Source: Camelus dromedarius
Taxonomy: Eukaryota
NCBI RefSeq assembly: GCF_036321535.1
Contig: NC_087436.1
Span: 59,460,001 to 59,524,000 of the forward strand
DNA length: 64,000 nt
Direction of reading: 5' to 3'
The notes beneath the pieces are model-generated. The model was not told where the DNA came from, searched no databases, and was given only the letters and a program-made list of their open reading frames with translations. The position numbers were made by a program, and so were the translations under genes. The stretch's first letter is position 1; every line of letters begins with the position of its first letter. Shown one piece after another: positions 25,261 to 37,820 of the stretch.

Positions 25261-26705
25261 GATATAAGTAAAAATAAATAATAAAAATTAATTAATTAAT
25301 TTCTAAAAAAGAATAAGTAGACAATTACATAGTGGAACTCCCTGTCTCTCTCTGAAGTCTACGTCTCATGCAATTACATCCATAAATCATACATAAATTT
25401 TGTTCCAGCCATACTTTGCTGTGGTCAAGCATCATATTCCAAAATTTATTTAAGTCTAACAGAGGTCTTTGATCATAGCAAGAATTGAATACATACTGAA
25501 TTAATGGATTAAAACTGGTATAACCATTGATCCTTGAATATTATATGCAAATTATCATGTAAGTTGTTAATAAAAATATAAATATCTTCCCCCATTTGGA
25601 TATGTTATAATTAATATCTCTTATATTAAAACCAAACAATTTTAGTCATCATGTGAACTCAGCTGCACAAGTCAGTTTTATTATCTTTGAAATTATGAAA
25701 ATAAAACTAGATAATCTATAAAAACACTATGCAGTTTGGGAATTCTCCACTTTTCCAAACTTCCCCAATCCCTGATATAGCCTCCTAATTTTTTTCATCA
25801 TTTACTAATTAGGAATTCTTTTTTAAAAATATGCTATATTCACACTTATCTATAAATGTAAATTACATGATACCCTATGTATAAATATATCTACCCATCT
25901 GCCTATCTACCTACAATATACCAATTTTATTTAATCTGTATATCTCTGTAGACTTAGTTCTATTAATCTACTGTGTAATAACAGTCATAAATATGTTGTT
26001 TTTTTCTATTTATACACATATAATGAGTACAGATGACTTGTTAGCCAGCATCTAAGTTACCTCCAGTTTGAAATGCTGATTTAACCAAGTTAGCCAACCA
26101 CTTATTTTGATTATAGACAGCGTGTTTTGCATCTGTTCATTATTACTCAATCCTCTTTTTAACATCTCAAAAATATATTTAGAGGCTATGCAAATTCTAT
26201 AAATATTAGTGAAGATTAATGTTAAAAAGGTGGTTGACGAATGTTCTCAGGAATTTGATACTGACCATACATATTACCTATATATATAAATTTAATTGTC
26301 TGAAAATACATTAAAAATCATAGTTCATTTTAGGCTTAATACTAGGAATCAAAGAAAGTATGTAAGAAGAAAGAAGCTAAGAAAAGGTTGAAAGAACATT
26401 ACATTCCAAATGGCTAATCTTCTTCTCTCCTTTGTTCACCTATAGAGTTTAATCAATGTTTTCCTGAAACTTTCTGCCAAGGCTTGGCAGTAAGCATATC
26501 CATCTCTGAATACAGGGTAAATGTATTATGGGAATGACTTAGCAGAAAAGAACACCTGCCCCCTTTTATATATGAATATCAAAACTGCAGATTGCAACTT
26601 CAACAACTCACTTTTTCCCATCTCTTTCAAAGAAGGGAATTTAAGTTATCTTTTTAAACACTGACTGGCACATTCACTGATACTCCTAAAGCATATTTTC
26701 CTTAC

Positions 26706-26714
26706 CTAGACTGT
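26706..26714 (-). other. Candidate 9-nt microexon (ACAGTCTAG)
   Basis: The minus strand reads cttgtttcctccccag|ACAGTCTAG|gtaagg: polypyrimidine tract plus CAG acceptor, a strong donor, and a frame-preserving length. No transcript evidence. Confidence 0.25.
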
Positions 26715-27929
26715 CTGGGGAGGAAACAAGGCTATACTATCAAAGTTTCTAAATTTGAGCAATTTATCTAAATTTCACAACAGAAAACATCTTCTACAAA
26801 AAAAAATACTATTGGAAAGAGTTGATCATAATACTCAACTTCAAAATGACACAGTCTAACATTTCTAACAACAAGAAAACTGCAAGTTGGATATGCAAAA
26901 CAGACAGAAAGTGCACTGGAGTATAATTATGAACGAAGCCTTTGTTCATATAAACAGAAGGCATTCTTCGGGGATGCATAAAAAGGTGTTTATCCATAAA
27001 AGTTTATTTTCCATTCAGTGCTTCAGTTTCCTGTGAAGTTATCCAGTCGACAAGAAACTTTAAGATTAGTCTCTATAACTACAATTGTTACTTCTTCCAT
27101 AAACAGATAAGCACAAAGGAGAGGAAAAACAGATGTATTGTTAGTTCGAACTTCTACGATGTGTACTTTTATTTTTGGAATACCCATACATACAATTATC
27201 TGTATCTTTCCTGAGCTTGGTATTATGATTAGAAGAAAATATTCAGTCTTGGATATATCAACAAGAAAATCAAATGTTTAACAGACATACATAATGCTAA
27301 TGTTTTGCCATCTAATATGCAATAAAACTTGGAATCATATAATTATAAAATGACTTATAAGAGATTTGGGGCCTCTATTTAGAAATATCAAAAATGGCAA
27401 ATCTTAATCACTTGGGTAATAGAGAAAGAACAACTGAATTTTGCTAGAAAAGTAAATAAGCGAAAAGTAAATAAGGATGATACAAACAACATATAATATT
27501 TTTCCTGTTCTTATTATTAAACTGAAATAAGTAGGTTTTGAAGAAAACAAATAACTCTTCCAAGGCCATATAAGTGATGAGTAGCAAAGCTAGGGTTTTT
27601 AAAGTGTGGTTAACATCACAAAAACTGCTGCTCTTAATTCTTTTTTATTTTCTGCCTTACACTGTTAGTTAATTGGGACTACATAACATTCCTTCTTTCA
27701 ACACAAGGTTACAAAAGTGAGGTACCTTTTCAGAGCCAGGACTTTGTAACACTGTATTAAACACCCAGAGAACCATCAATATTCTTTAAAAGATGGTTTT
27801 GGTATCATAAACCCCACTGAAATGAGTATATTATAAAGCCCTTCTATCTACTTACTTACTAAGCACTTTACTTGGCACTTGCCCTGCCTCAGATAAGAGT
27901 CTAAGAATCTTATAAAAACAAGTTAATCG

Positions 27930-28060
27930 ATTCACAATAACTCTGAGATTGGTACTAGACAAGGAGTCTGAGCCATGAAGAAGTTAACTGTCTTGCTTAA
28001 GGTCAATTCGATAGCTAACGAGAAGGGAAGCCAGGATTTGAAACTGGGAAGACCGGGTTC
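27930..28060 (-). mobile_element. MIR remnant
   Basis: GAAGTTAACTGTCTTGCTTAAGGTCAATTCGATAGCTAAC...GCCAGGATTTGAAAC. Confidence 0.6.
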
Positions 28061-28719
28061 AGGTATAACACTATGTTGCCTTTGGAAACTTTCACATTCA
28101 ATGGCCACATTCACAATCTCCAACTCTTTTCTAGGCCTGCTAAACTTCAAGGCTCATTTAAATGAAACCCCAAATTTACATACATAAATGGATACTGTGG
28201 TAATGCCTAGTACTTCACTGTTTCAGTTTGTCAGCTTAGCACTACAAGCTGACTGTTTTTGTTTAGCTTTTTACATGTCATCAGAACATTCTGCCATCAG
28301 GTGGTGCCTTTTAAGGACTCTCCTGAATGGAGAACGTTTCTTTTCGTATGATTCATTGACAGACTCACAGACATTTTACTCATTTTTACCTTTAAAGCAA
28401 ATACATGTAAAATCATGATTATATTAAAATAGCTAAATAAGTATAATGAACTATTAAAATATCACAAATCTAACTCTCATTTGTAGTTAGGTAAAATCAT
28501 TTTTAACTCATATTTTTCCCTCTTGGAATTATTTTTTTAAAGTCACAAAGCTTGTAAAACTCTCCACTCAATGAACCTAATTAATTGAAATAAAAAATGA
28601 TCCGTGTTTTACTTATCACTTGAGGAAACAAAACGAGAAATCTATCAAATAGTTTGTCCCTCACCTTTCTAAGCTGCACTTTTAACAACAAGCAGCAGCA
28701 GCAACAACTAACACATCTA

Positions 28720-28960
28720 AAGCATTAAGAGTATGTCACATGCTGCTCAGAGGACTTTGTGTATTCAAGCTCACTTAAGCTTTGTAATAACTCTATGAGG
28801 CAGATACTATTATCATCTCCCATTTTAAGGGTAGAAAACTGAAGCACAATTTCTAAGGCTTTGCTATCGTTACTACAGGAACTAGTAAGTGACGCAGCTG
28901 GGATTTGCTCCTGGGCAGCTGGCTCCATAGGCTACGTTCTCTCATCACTATACTGCCTTG
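28720..28960 (-). mobile_element. MIR remnant
   Basis: AACTCTATGAGGCAGATACTATTATCATCTCCCATTTTAAGGGTAGAAAACTGAAGCAC...CTAGTAAGTGACGCAGCTGGGATTTG. Confidence 0.8.
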
Positions 28961-30694
28961 TCTCTGGGGCTATGAAATCTATGTACTAGGGATTCCTGGA
29001 GCTTCATGGTGTTTTTATTTTGTGCAAACTGCCAGGGATGGTAGGAAAGCAGGAGAAAGAAGCCACTGAGTGATCACCAAATCTTTCTTGAATGATCCAA
29101 CTATTCATTTATTTATGCATTCAATATCTCAATAAATACATATTTTGAATCTGTACTCTGTTCCAGATAAAAGTAGAAAGTAAAAGATAGGAGGCATGAA
29201 TACACAGAGACTAAACTTTATCAATTTTTAAAAAAACATAAGTTTGTTGCTGTTTTCTGATAAGAAAGGAGTACAAATGGGGCACATTTTATTTGAGAAA
29301 CACATTGCTAATGATCTCATATAATTTAAAACTCTCTTAATTCAATGCAAATATCAATAAAGGTTGATGGCTATTTTTGCTTATTTTCTAAAGAGATATC
29401 TTTTTGTAGAAATAGCATAAACAAAATTTATGACTCCCTTGGGCCTTAACTTTGACTTCATGCTTTTCTATATGCACTTTTTAATACAGGAGCTTGAAAT
29501 AATTTCTAATTTTTAGAATAAATTGAAAATGTATTATCCTTTTATATTGCTAACTTTCAAATCACACAATTTAATTTCACATTAAACTCAAACTCACCAC
29601 ACATAAAACATTAAGAGAGGGAGATAAACTGTTTCCATGTCTGCATTAATTCCTATATCTTTAAAAATCTGTAGAGAACTTTATCAAACTGTAAACAAAT
29701 GCACAATTTCAAATTAGTTTATGGAGTTTAAGTCCTCTAAATAATTAACAATAGCAAAAGCAAAACTACTAACCATGCCTGAGTTTGGCAGAAAGTTTAA
29801 ACAATCTGATATGGTACTGAAATTGACTCAATGACAGAGAAGCTATAAAATTTATGAAGAGGCATGAGTCACCTGCCTCCCTGTCACCTTTCTTTCATTT
29901 GTATAATGGCTGATGGTTTTGGTGCCACCATCTGTACAAGGTGGGAAAATATGATGATGGGGTCATCCAAGTGCATGCATTCAAGTCTAAGCACTTTCTC
30001 ATCAAACTTTCTTATAACTGTTCTCCTCTGATTAGCACTTCTACAAATATATTTCTCTTCAAGTCCTGGGGCTTGCTTGGTCTCTATAAAGGCAGAGTTG
30101 AGTCCAAAGCTATAGCATGGCATCTAGAGTGAGCAGGCAGGAACCAGTGGGCTTTCAGAATATTCAGGAATGTGCATCCTTGTATTTAAGATCCAAGAAT
30201 AGATGAAGTCACAATATCAAAGTGATTATGATCTCCAAATGCTATTTAAACTTCAGAGTCTCAGATTAAATACACTCCACAGTAAGAACATCATGACATT
30301 CTTGACTTTGAATCAAGGAGACATCATAGATTTTATGAGATGCTTGAAGGTAGGGACTATATTTTATTATTGTGTCCAGCCTTAATTACTAAATCTATCA
30401 CCTTATAAGCAGTAGACATCCATATTCTAATCCTAATTGAAAAAAAAAAAACAAAACCTAGTAATATAATGGAAATCTAACCACTCTTGTTTAAAACCCA
30501 CATTCTTATGTTTAATTAGAAAGTTTTCTCTGAATGGTAGTTTGTTTGCCAACTAACTATTCAAGGAAATCTTATTAGAGAAGTTTATGACTTTTAACTT
30601 GAAAGGTCTTAAATAAGAGTGTCTAGCTCAATAATAGCTTATTATGTCAATAAAATTTAATTTGTTAGAAAAGGTGGCATATGCTGTTTATCAT

Positions 30695-30722
30695 CCAGAG
30701 GCCAGAGGCCAGAGGCCAGAGG
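30695..30722. repeat. (CCAGAGG)4 perfect heptamer tandem repeat
   Basis: Read directly from the sequence. Confidence 0.9.
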
Positions 30723-30769
30723 CTCAATTATCAGCAAAGAAATATAATGTGGCTGCCACTGTGGGAAAA

Positions 30770-30950
30770 CCACAGGTTTCAATGGCAGTCACTTGTAGAT
30801 TTTAATCCCACCTTCACATCCTGCTAGCTATATGACCTATTAATCATTCTAAGCATCTGCTTCCAATGTAGATTTATGATAATAATACTTACTTCACAGA
30901 ATTGTTATAAAGGGCCTGGCACACAGTAGGTGCTCAGTAAAGGTTAGTTC
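30770..30950 (+). mobile_element. MIR remnant
   Basis: AATAATACTTACTTCACAGAATTGTT...GCCTGGCACACAGTAGGTGCTCAGTAAA. Confidence 0.7.
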
Positions 30951-31059
30951 ACTTTACCTTAGATGTCGCTATTGGAAATGTGCTAGTGACATCTAGTGGA
31001 AATTCCTGCCAACCTCAAGAAGGCCACCCTGGAAAACTCTCAAGAGATTTCTAACAAGT

Positions 31060-32030
31060 CATGCATTCATTCCACCTGCAAATGTTTATTAAATATCTCC
31101 TCTGTTCTAGGCTCTTAAATCAAGTTCTGAGGATTGCAAAGATGTAAAAGACACAACACCTGCCCTAGAAAAGCTCTGGCTTTAGCCAACCAGACAAATG
31201 TTGGCCAATAACTGTAAGAAATGTAATTATTTCTACAATAGCAGTAAGAAAAAGTCCAAATATGCTACAGCATGGGTAACTCAATTGCCAAAGGAGATGC
31301 TGGGTCTTAAAGAATGACTACAATTCCCTCACTATAGTTTAACTGAAGAAGAAATTTGGAGATTTCTAAAATGGTAATAAATTAAAGCCTATTTGCTGAA
31401 GTCTTGATTGATATACTAAGGACATAATCTTTGTGTCACAGGAAGACAGTAACACTCTTTAGTTTAGAAGTCTCATAATTATACTCAGGCAACACTGTGG
31501 AGGAGGGACTGGAGATGGGAGAGAACAGAAGTTGTAGAACCTGTTAAAAAGTTATGATACATTTTTTCCTTATTAGGTAATGAAGATCCAAATGCATTCA
31601 GTGGAAAAGGGATAGATAGGAGGAGAGGTAATTGAGATAGATCTGAAGTAGAGTGGAGACTGTATACTGTCTGTGATGACAGGGAACATAGGGAGCAAGA
31701 AGTAAGGTTGATTCTAAGTTTTCTGGAATGAGTGACTGTTAAGAAGTAATCTCATTAAATAAAACAGAAAAGAGATTGGCGTGTGGGGGAGGGAAGAACA
31801 TGGTGATTATGAATTGTCTGTACATATCTTCAAAACTTAGAGAACATTTAAGTAGAAATGTCCAATAAGTTAATAAACACATAGATCTGGAAGGAGATCT
31901 GGATGCAGAGAAGATTAGGAACATCAGCATGTAGCCAACATTCCAGCCACCAGAGTGGCTAAGATTATGGAGGAAAAAATGTGTCAAATGGTGAAGAGAG
32001 AGGATCAGGACCTGAGGCAACACCACAATG
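31060..32030 (-). mobile_element. L2 remnant
   Basis: CATTCATTCCACCTGCAAATGTTTATTAAATATCTCCTCTGTTCTAGGC (L2 3' end), then purine-rich L2 body (AAGTAGAAATGTCCAATAAG, GAGGATCAGGACCTGAG). Confidence 0.65.
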
Positions 32031-33444
32031 TAATTAATGGACCCTAAATCAGAACAGGACTCACCCTTAATTTGTACAGAACAATCCCTCAGTGAGTTAT
32101 AAACATAGACTTAGACCACAAAATGGCTTTGGAAATAGGTTGGTAATGGGAATATCTCAGCTAACCAGAACATAACTTTAAAAAACACACTTAAATGGAA
32201 TTTAAGGTTTAGAAGCAAAGCTATAAAGTTCTTTCCCCACAGTCCCATGAAATAAATTGTATTTGAATTTTCCTCTCATAACTGAAAACTATGGTTTATG
32301 TTTTGAGTGTATTCCTTCGTAAGTCAGAGGGGAAATTTTATTTGACTGCCTATAAAATGCACAACTTTTCTACTTATTCCATTAAATTTGGCCAGCTGGT
32401 TTTCTTCCCATTTTTTGTTTTACTGTCTTTTTCTTTTTTTTCTCGCTTCCTCTCTCCTGATACAGGTATTTCTTGCTTCAGTGATTTTCTGGGAAAAGAG
32501 CCCAGTTGGTTTAATTTCTTTTTATTACAGACTACCTCATGAGTTTAGGATATTAACTGTATATCTGCAGTGTTGTCAGGTTGAAAAGGGAAGAGTTATT
32601 CATGATATTTTTTCAGCTAAATACCTAAAAATGTATGACCTCCTAAAGACATATATAATTTCGATTTTATTTTTAAAATTCAAATTCTTACCTCCTTTTT
32701 TCATCTCTTATCACGTTTCTAGAAATTATTAAAAAGTACTTGTTCTGTGAATTAGTTTTATTGCCACATGACTAATATTTTCTATATGCAAATGTTCAGT
32801 CTTTTGGCCCTCAGATTCATGTATCATTTTAAAGAGCATCTTTCCTTAATTATCACAGATCAGTTTAAATACCATTTAACTATATCAATTCCAAGTCTAT
32901 ACACTGAATTTACACACACTGTTTAACTTTGGGCAATCAGTTAACCCTCTCCATACCTGGATCAGCCTTTATCTTTCCAAAAGGGAAGGACAGTTTAGGG
33001 TGGTCTTATGAGAGGAACATGAAAGTGCCTGAAGACCTTGCATAATTTAATCATAACAAAGGGTAATGGGTAATGCAACTAGCTTAATTAGCCCCAACAT
33101 ACAAGTTTAAAATTCACTCAGACAGATCACGAGCTTTGACATGAACTTGGCAAATTTAAAAAAAGATTCAACTATATTATACTTTTTTCCCACAATTAAG
33201 GCTTTATAAATATTTTTCTCAGCATTTCAGATTTTTTAACTCCAATTCACCTGAAATGTGAAAAACCATTATCAGCAGCTATCTCTTTAAGTGGGCTATA
33301 ATGAGAATATATTCAACTACATATGCTTATTAACTTGAGTATTTCATTATAAATGACACAAAAATATATTAATTAAACATATGAAAGGCAAAAGGGATGA
33401 ATGTTCTGTACTGATCCTAAGAAGGAGTAAGATTCAACTCTATG

Positions 33445-33700
33445 GACATTTGTTGGGTGCTTACTATATATCAGGAACTATTCTAGCTTTTATGGCTGTA
33501 AACAGAATAAGACCCTGTTCTCCAGGAACTCAGTCTAAGTGACAGACTGGTGGAGACACAAACAAACAGATTCACAATACAAATGATAAACATAACAACA
33601 TGATAGAACCAAGCCTCAAGTCCTATTTTTGCAAGTAGGGATCCCTGGGGAATTCTTCCTTGACTAGGCAACACTCAGTCTGAGGTGTGTTGCTGAGTAA
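33445..33700 (-). mobile_element. L2 3' remnant
   Basis: ACATTTGTTGGGTGCTTACTATATATCAGGAACT...CCCTGTTCTCCAGGAACTCAGTCTA. Confidence 0.65.
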
Positions 33701-33779
33701 GTGGCTTGACACTCACAGTAGAATATCCACAGTCTTTATTAATTTAAGGTAACAGTAATAACAAACAGTAACAGTATTT

Positions 33780-34040
33780 AAATCTTTCATATTAGGTATT
33801 TTTATTGGCACCTGACATTGAGATCATTATTATTCATATGCAATCTCATTTTCCCTATTCATAACAATCCTATCAGATAAGGTACAGCTACGGATTTTAA
33901 CTTTAAAATGAAGAGACTGAGGTACAGATAGGATATGCAAGTTGCTCAACATCACATTGCTGAGCAAAGGGCAGAACTGGTATTGAAAGCTCTAAAATAT
34001 GTGCTCTCTAAAAATCCTGCTGTACTAGCTACACTGCCTC
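33780..34040 (-). mobile_element. MIR remnant
   Basis: CATAACAATCCTATCAGATAAGGTAC...AAATGAAGAGACTGAGGTACAGA...GGCAGAACTGGTATTGAA. Confidence 0.7.
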
Positions 34041-35842
34041 TTAGTATATAGGCATTTCTCATTTAAGGGGAATTTGATGAATTTCTGTGCCATAGATGTC
34101 TCTGTATGCAAAGCGTAATATAAAATTCTTACAAATTACTTTATGATCCTATTGAAGTCATTGGCTCCAATAATGCCTAAATCATTTGCAGTTTTCTTTG
34201 ACCTCAAATTGTCTGAGTGCTACACAAAAACACCTATGAATCACTCCATTCTCAAGAAATGAATCCTCAAGTTAACATATTCTCCAGGCATCACTTTATT
34301 GTTCTTTTAAATTTCTTTCACTTGCCAAGTTCTTAAATATGCTTTTCACGTTCATTTTTTTGTTGCCAACTCTCAAACTATTTTCAACATGGCTATCACC
34401 TCTCTTATCCATCAAAAGTCACTAAGATTAGTAGAATCTTCTTCAGCACAAAATTGGAAGATAATTTGCTTTCCCTGATGCTTTTGACCTCTGTACACTT
34501 TTGACATTTTTGCACAAGGTACGACTTACTCTCAATCTTCTTTGTGACCTTCACTTCCAGAAGGTAAACTAGAGCTAATATATTATTAAATGTAACTTGT
34601 TAGAGGGGAAAGCAACATCTTTGATAGACTATAACTGGAAGCAAGAAAGGGACAAAGAACTATTTCTTCAGCTTGGTAAAAGGTGGTCAACAAGTTGTTT
34701 ACTGGATGCACAGGATGTTAGAATTGATGCCATATGTTTCAACAAATGTGTTTAATTTCTAAAGTTCCAGACTTCTAGACTATTAGGTAAACCTACTTTT
34801 TAATTGACTTTTATATAACCAAGCATAGGACAACACCATGATTTGGTTTGACAATGGCAGCAGTTGTAAATAGGAGGAGGAGTTAAAATTGCTAAATATC
34901 ATTAACTTACTCATTTTGAATTTAACATTTTTGAGCACTTATAAATAAGAAGACAAACTCAAATAAGCCTTATATTTCCTCTCAACTATTTTATGGGATA
35001 TTCATCTAGATCCTATTTGTGATCATCTACCCCCGATGCCACGAAGAAATGGACAAGCAAGTGAATTGTGAATTTTCCATACAGGATATTGTCTGATCTC
35101 ACTCCTTTTAGCCTACAAAAGTACAGGCCTTGCTAATGTTCAGGAGTCACATATCATCAATGATTTGGTTTTAAAAATCCAAAGACTGGATACACATCCG
35201 ATCAGTAAACCTAGACAGAGAACTGTTTTAATTTACCATATTGCCAACATTTATCTCCCTTCATAAGTTATGTTATTTTTAATCAGTGAAAGATAAGACC
35301 CCCCTACTCTACTCCAGATGTAACAGATTTGGAGGAGAGAGGTAATTGAGAAGCTAATTTTGCAAAAATGATTAGGACCTAATTAAGAGGTGTGAGCCTA
35401 GGAAAACTGCACAAACTGCTTATGACAGATAAATGTTGTATTTTCCTAACTCAACCTCTATTGATTAAAAAATAATAAAAGAAAGTGAAAATGGTAGCCC
35501 AATCTTCATTCCAGAAGTTACTAACAGTATTTCTTCCCTAACCACAACTGTCTCAAGGTAAACAGCCAGATCAGGAGAAACCTCTTTCAGAGAACCAATG
35601 GTAAACTAAAAAGATGAGTTTAATGATGCTTGTATCATCTGAACACCATAAAAGGAAAGAAAAGAGAAAAAAAACTTTTTTCTTATCATATTTCTTATTC
35701 CTAAAGTATATTTATTTGAACCATAGGGATGAGTGAGGAGAAAACAGACCACCCTGTCTATAATCAGAAGTGACGGTCCGACTATGAAGTAGACATCTGA
35801 GACCATCATTTGTGGGTGGTCATCAGGGACAAAGGATATGTT

Positions 35843-35863
35843 AAAAAAAAAAAAAAAAAAAAA
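35843..35863. repeat. Poly(A) run
   Basis: About 21 consecutive A. Confidence 0.9.
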
Positions 35864-35939
35864 GGTAGAGAAGCTACATGGCTTACAGAGAGAAGAACGT
35901 TACAGAATTAGAGAACAGAGATTTCTCTCCTTATTAGTC

Positions 35940-36170
35940 ATGGTATAATGTTGAAGTTTTATCCTGGAGTCGTATTTCCTAGTTTTGAGTCCTGACTTCA
36001 GCCACATATTAATTATAAGACTTGGACAAGTTATTTAAACTCTTTTTGATTTTGCTTTTTCTCCTCTGAAATGGGAATGATAATAGCGGCTATTTCAAAA
36101 GTTTGCTGTGATAAGTGAATATATGTAAAATTCTTACAGCAATGATAAGCATTTAGCAAGTGTTAATTAA
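35940..36170 (+). mobile_element. MIR remnant
   Basis: GAGTCCTGACTTCAGCCAC...GACTTGGACAAGTTATTTAAACTCT...CTCCTCTGAAATGGGAATGATAATAG. Confidence 0.75.
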
Positions 36171-36237
36171 AAATTTTTATTGTGAAAAGACTGGATCCTA
36201 TTTTGTCTAGGGTTTCAGAGTGAAATATATCCTACAA

Positions 36238-36355
36238 CAGATCTATGATTCCTTATCCAAAATTCTTTGGGTCAAATATATCTGGTAATTTGAAAGCAGC
36301 CTGATTTTAAAATAGTAATACAGAGCATATACCATATCTTTTGAATATTCCCATC
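36238..36355 (+). mobile_element. DNA transposon remnant (MER96B-like)
   Basis: CCTTATCCAAAATTCTTTGGGTCAAAT...GATTTTAAAATAGTAATACAGAGCATATACCATAT resembles the recalled MER96B consensus. Confidence 0.45.
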
Positions 36356-37689
36356 TTTTAATTACCCAATCAAATTTGAAAACTCTTATCCTAGATGAAA
36401 ACACCTGTTCTTATTACTTAGAACACTGTTATTGGTCTGTTTGCATGACTCTCCAACGTGAGTCATTAACAAAAGGGTCTAAGTCCAAGCACTCCTGAGT
36501 TCAGAAGACCTTGTTAGGCTGATTCCCTTTAGACAAACTGTACCTTGAGTATTGTTCCAAAATTCTATAAAGATTGGCCTCAGTCTTATCTTTGTTGATT
36601 CCAATTAGTTTCATTTCGCTTGAAGTTATTAGAGGGTCTGTTAAGCCCCTCATTTGTTTAACGTCAGGTTTTTAAGACAGGAGGTTGCTCAAGCAGTATT
36701 TTCATGTGGTCTTCTCCATTTGTTTGGCCTTCTAGGTCAAATTCCTGACTATTTTATATTTTAATTCATGTGCTTATATCTCTAATTGGCTTAATTCCAT
36801 TCCAAACAATATGAAATTGCAGAGTTCATTTTGGGGAATATAACTGTCAGATTGCTTTTTGACAGAATTCACTAGGGTTCAAATTATTGTTTAAACCTGC
36901 TGTAAATATTCTTTTCTGTGGCTCTCGGTATACATGTGTGTGTAATGAGCTTCCCACATCGAAGGCTTCTTTTGTTCTTCCATAGTGTTGGTTTCATGTC
37001 TGTCCAAAGCAGGCTCCCTCTCACTTCTCTACTTTTGCTCACTCTTTTCTTCTGCTTCCCTTGGGAAAAATCGTTCTGTGACTGTGTACATACTCCAAGA
37101 ATATCTGATCTAGATAATCAAACATTTCCAAAAGAAAGATTTTAAAAAGTGAAAAATATGCACTTCTTTTGGATTTTGTTTTCCTTATTTGAAATGTCAC
37201 TAAGAATATGTTCTTTCTTACTGAAGTAGATCTGATAAGCTTAGTTTTGCTTAACCAACAGGTTTCTTTTAGAGAGTTTCTTGGAATGTCAGTAGTCTAC
37301 AAGCATAGAGGAGATCTTCAAAATCCAACCTGAAGATCACCCAGAAAATATGGAGGATGTGAAAAATAGCTTATAAAATCCGTAGGCCTTAGGCATTACT
37401 TTCTGTAAACTGTACTTTTTCACTTCTGTAAGTGAAAAGGTAAATAAAAGTTTTTTTCATCTGTAATATGAAATATGGGACTATGAATTTTTGAGATTCA
37501 ATGATAGATTTCAAGTATATTTTGCATATTGTCCTATCTGGAATGTGTCCTCTTAGAAACAATATAGAATATAAAATCCTTTAAGAGTCAGGCTAGGCTT
37601 TGGTTATCACTGATGACACTCAAATTGTCTCGGACAGGAGGAAAGAATAAAGGAAGGACAAGTAATATGAAAAATAGTAGTAGTAATAA

Positions 37690-37820
37690 TAATAGGAAAT
37701 AATAATTGTGACCACTTATTGAGTGCTCCCTACGTGGCAGGCACTGCTCAAAGAGCTTTACAATTATTAACTCATTTTATCCTTTCAATAACCTTTTGAA
37801 ATGGGAATAATTATTACAGT
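37690..37820 (-). mobile_element. MIR 3' remnant
   Basis: CACTTATTGAGTGCTCCCTACGTGGCAGGCACTGCTCAAAGAGCTTTAC...AACTCATTTTATCCTTTCAATAACC. Confidence 0.75.

Noticed and set aside
27447..27475. Short tandem duplication GAAAAGTAAATAAG x2, and (CCAGAGG)4 at 30695, as possible arrays
   Set aside because: Ordinary slippage repeats with no spacers, so not CRISPR-like.
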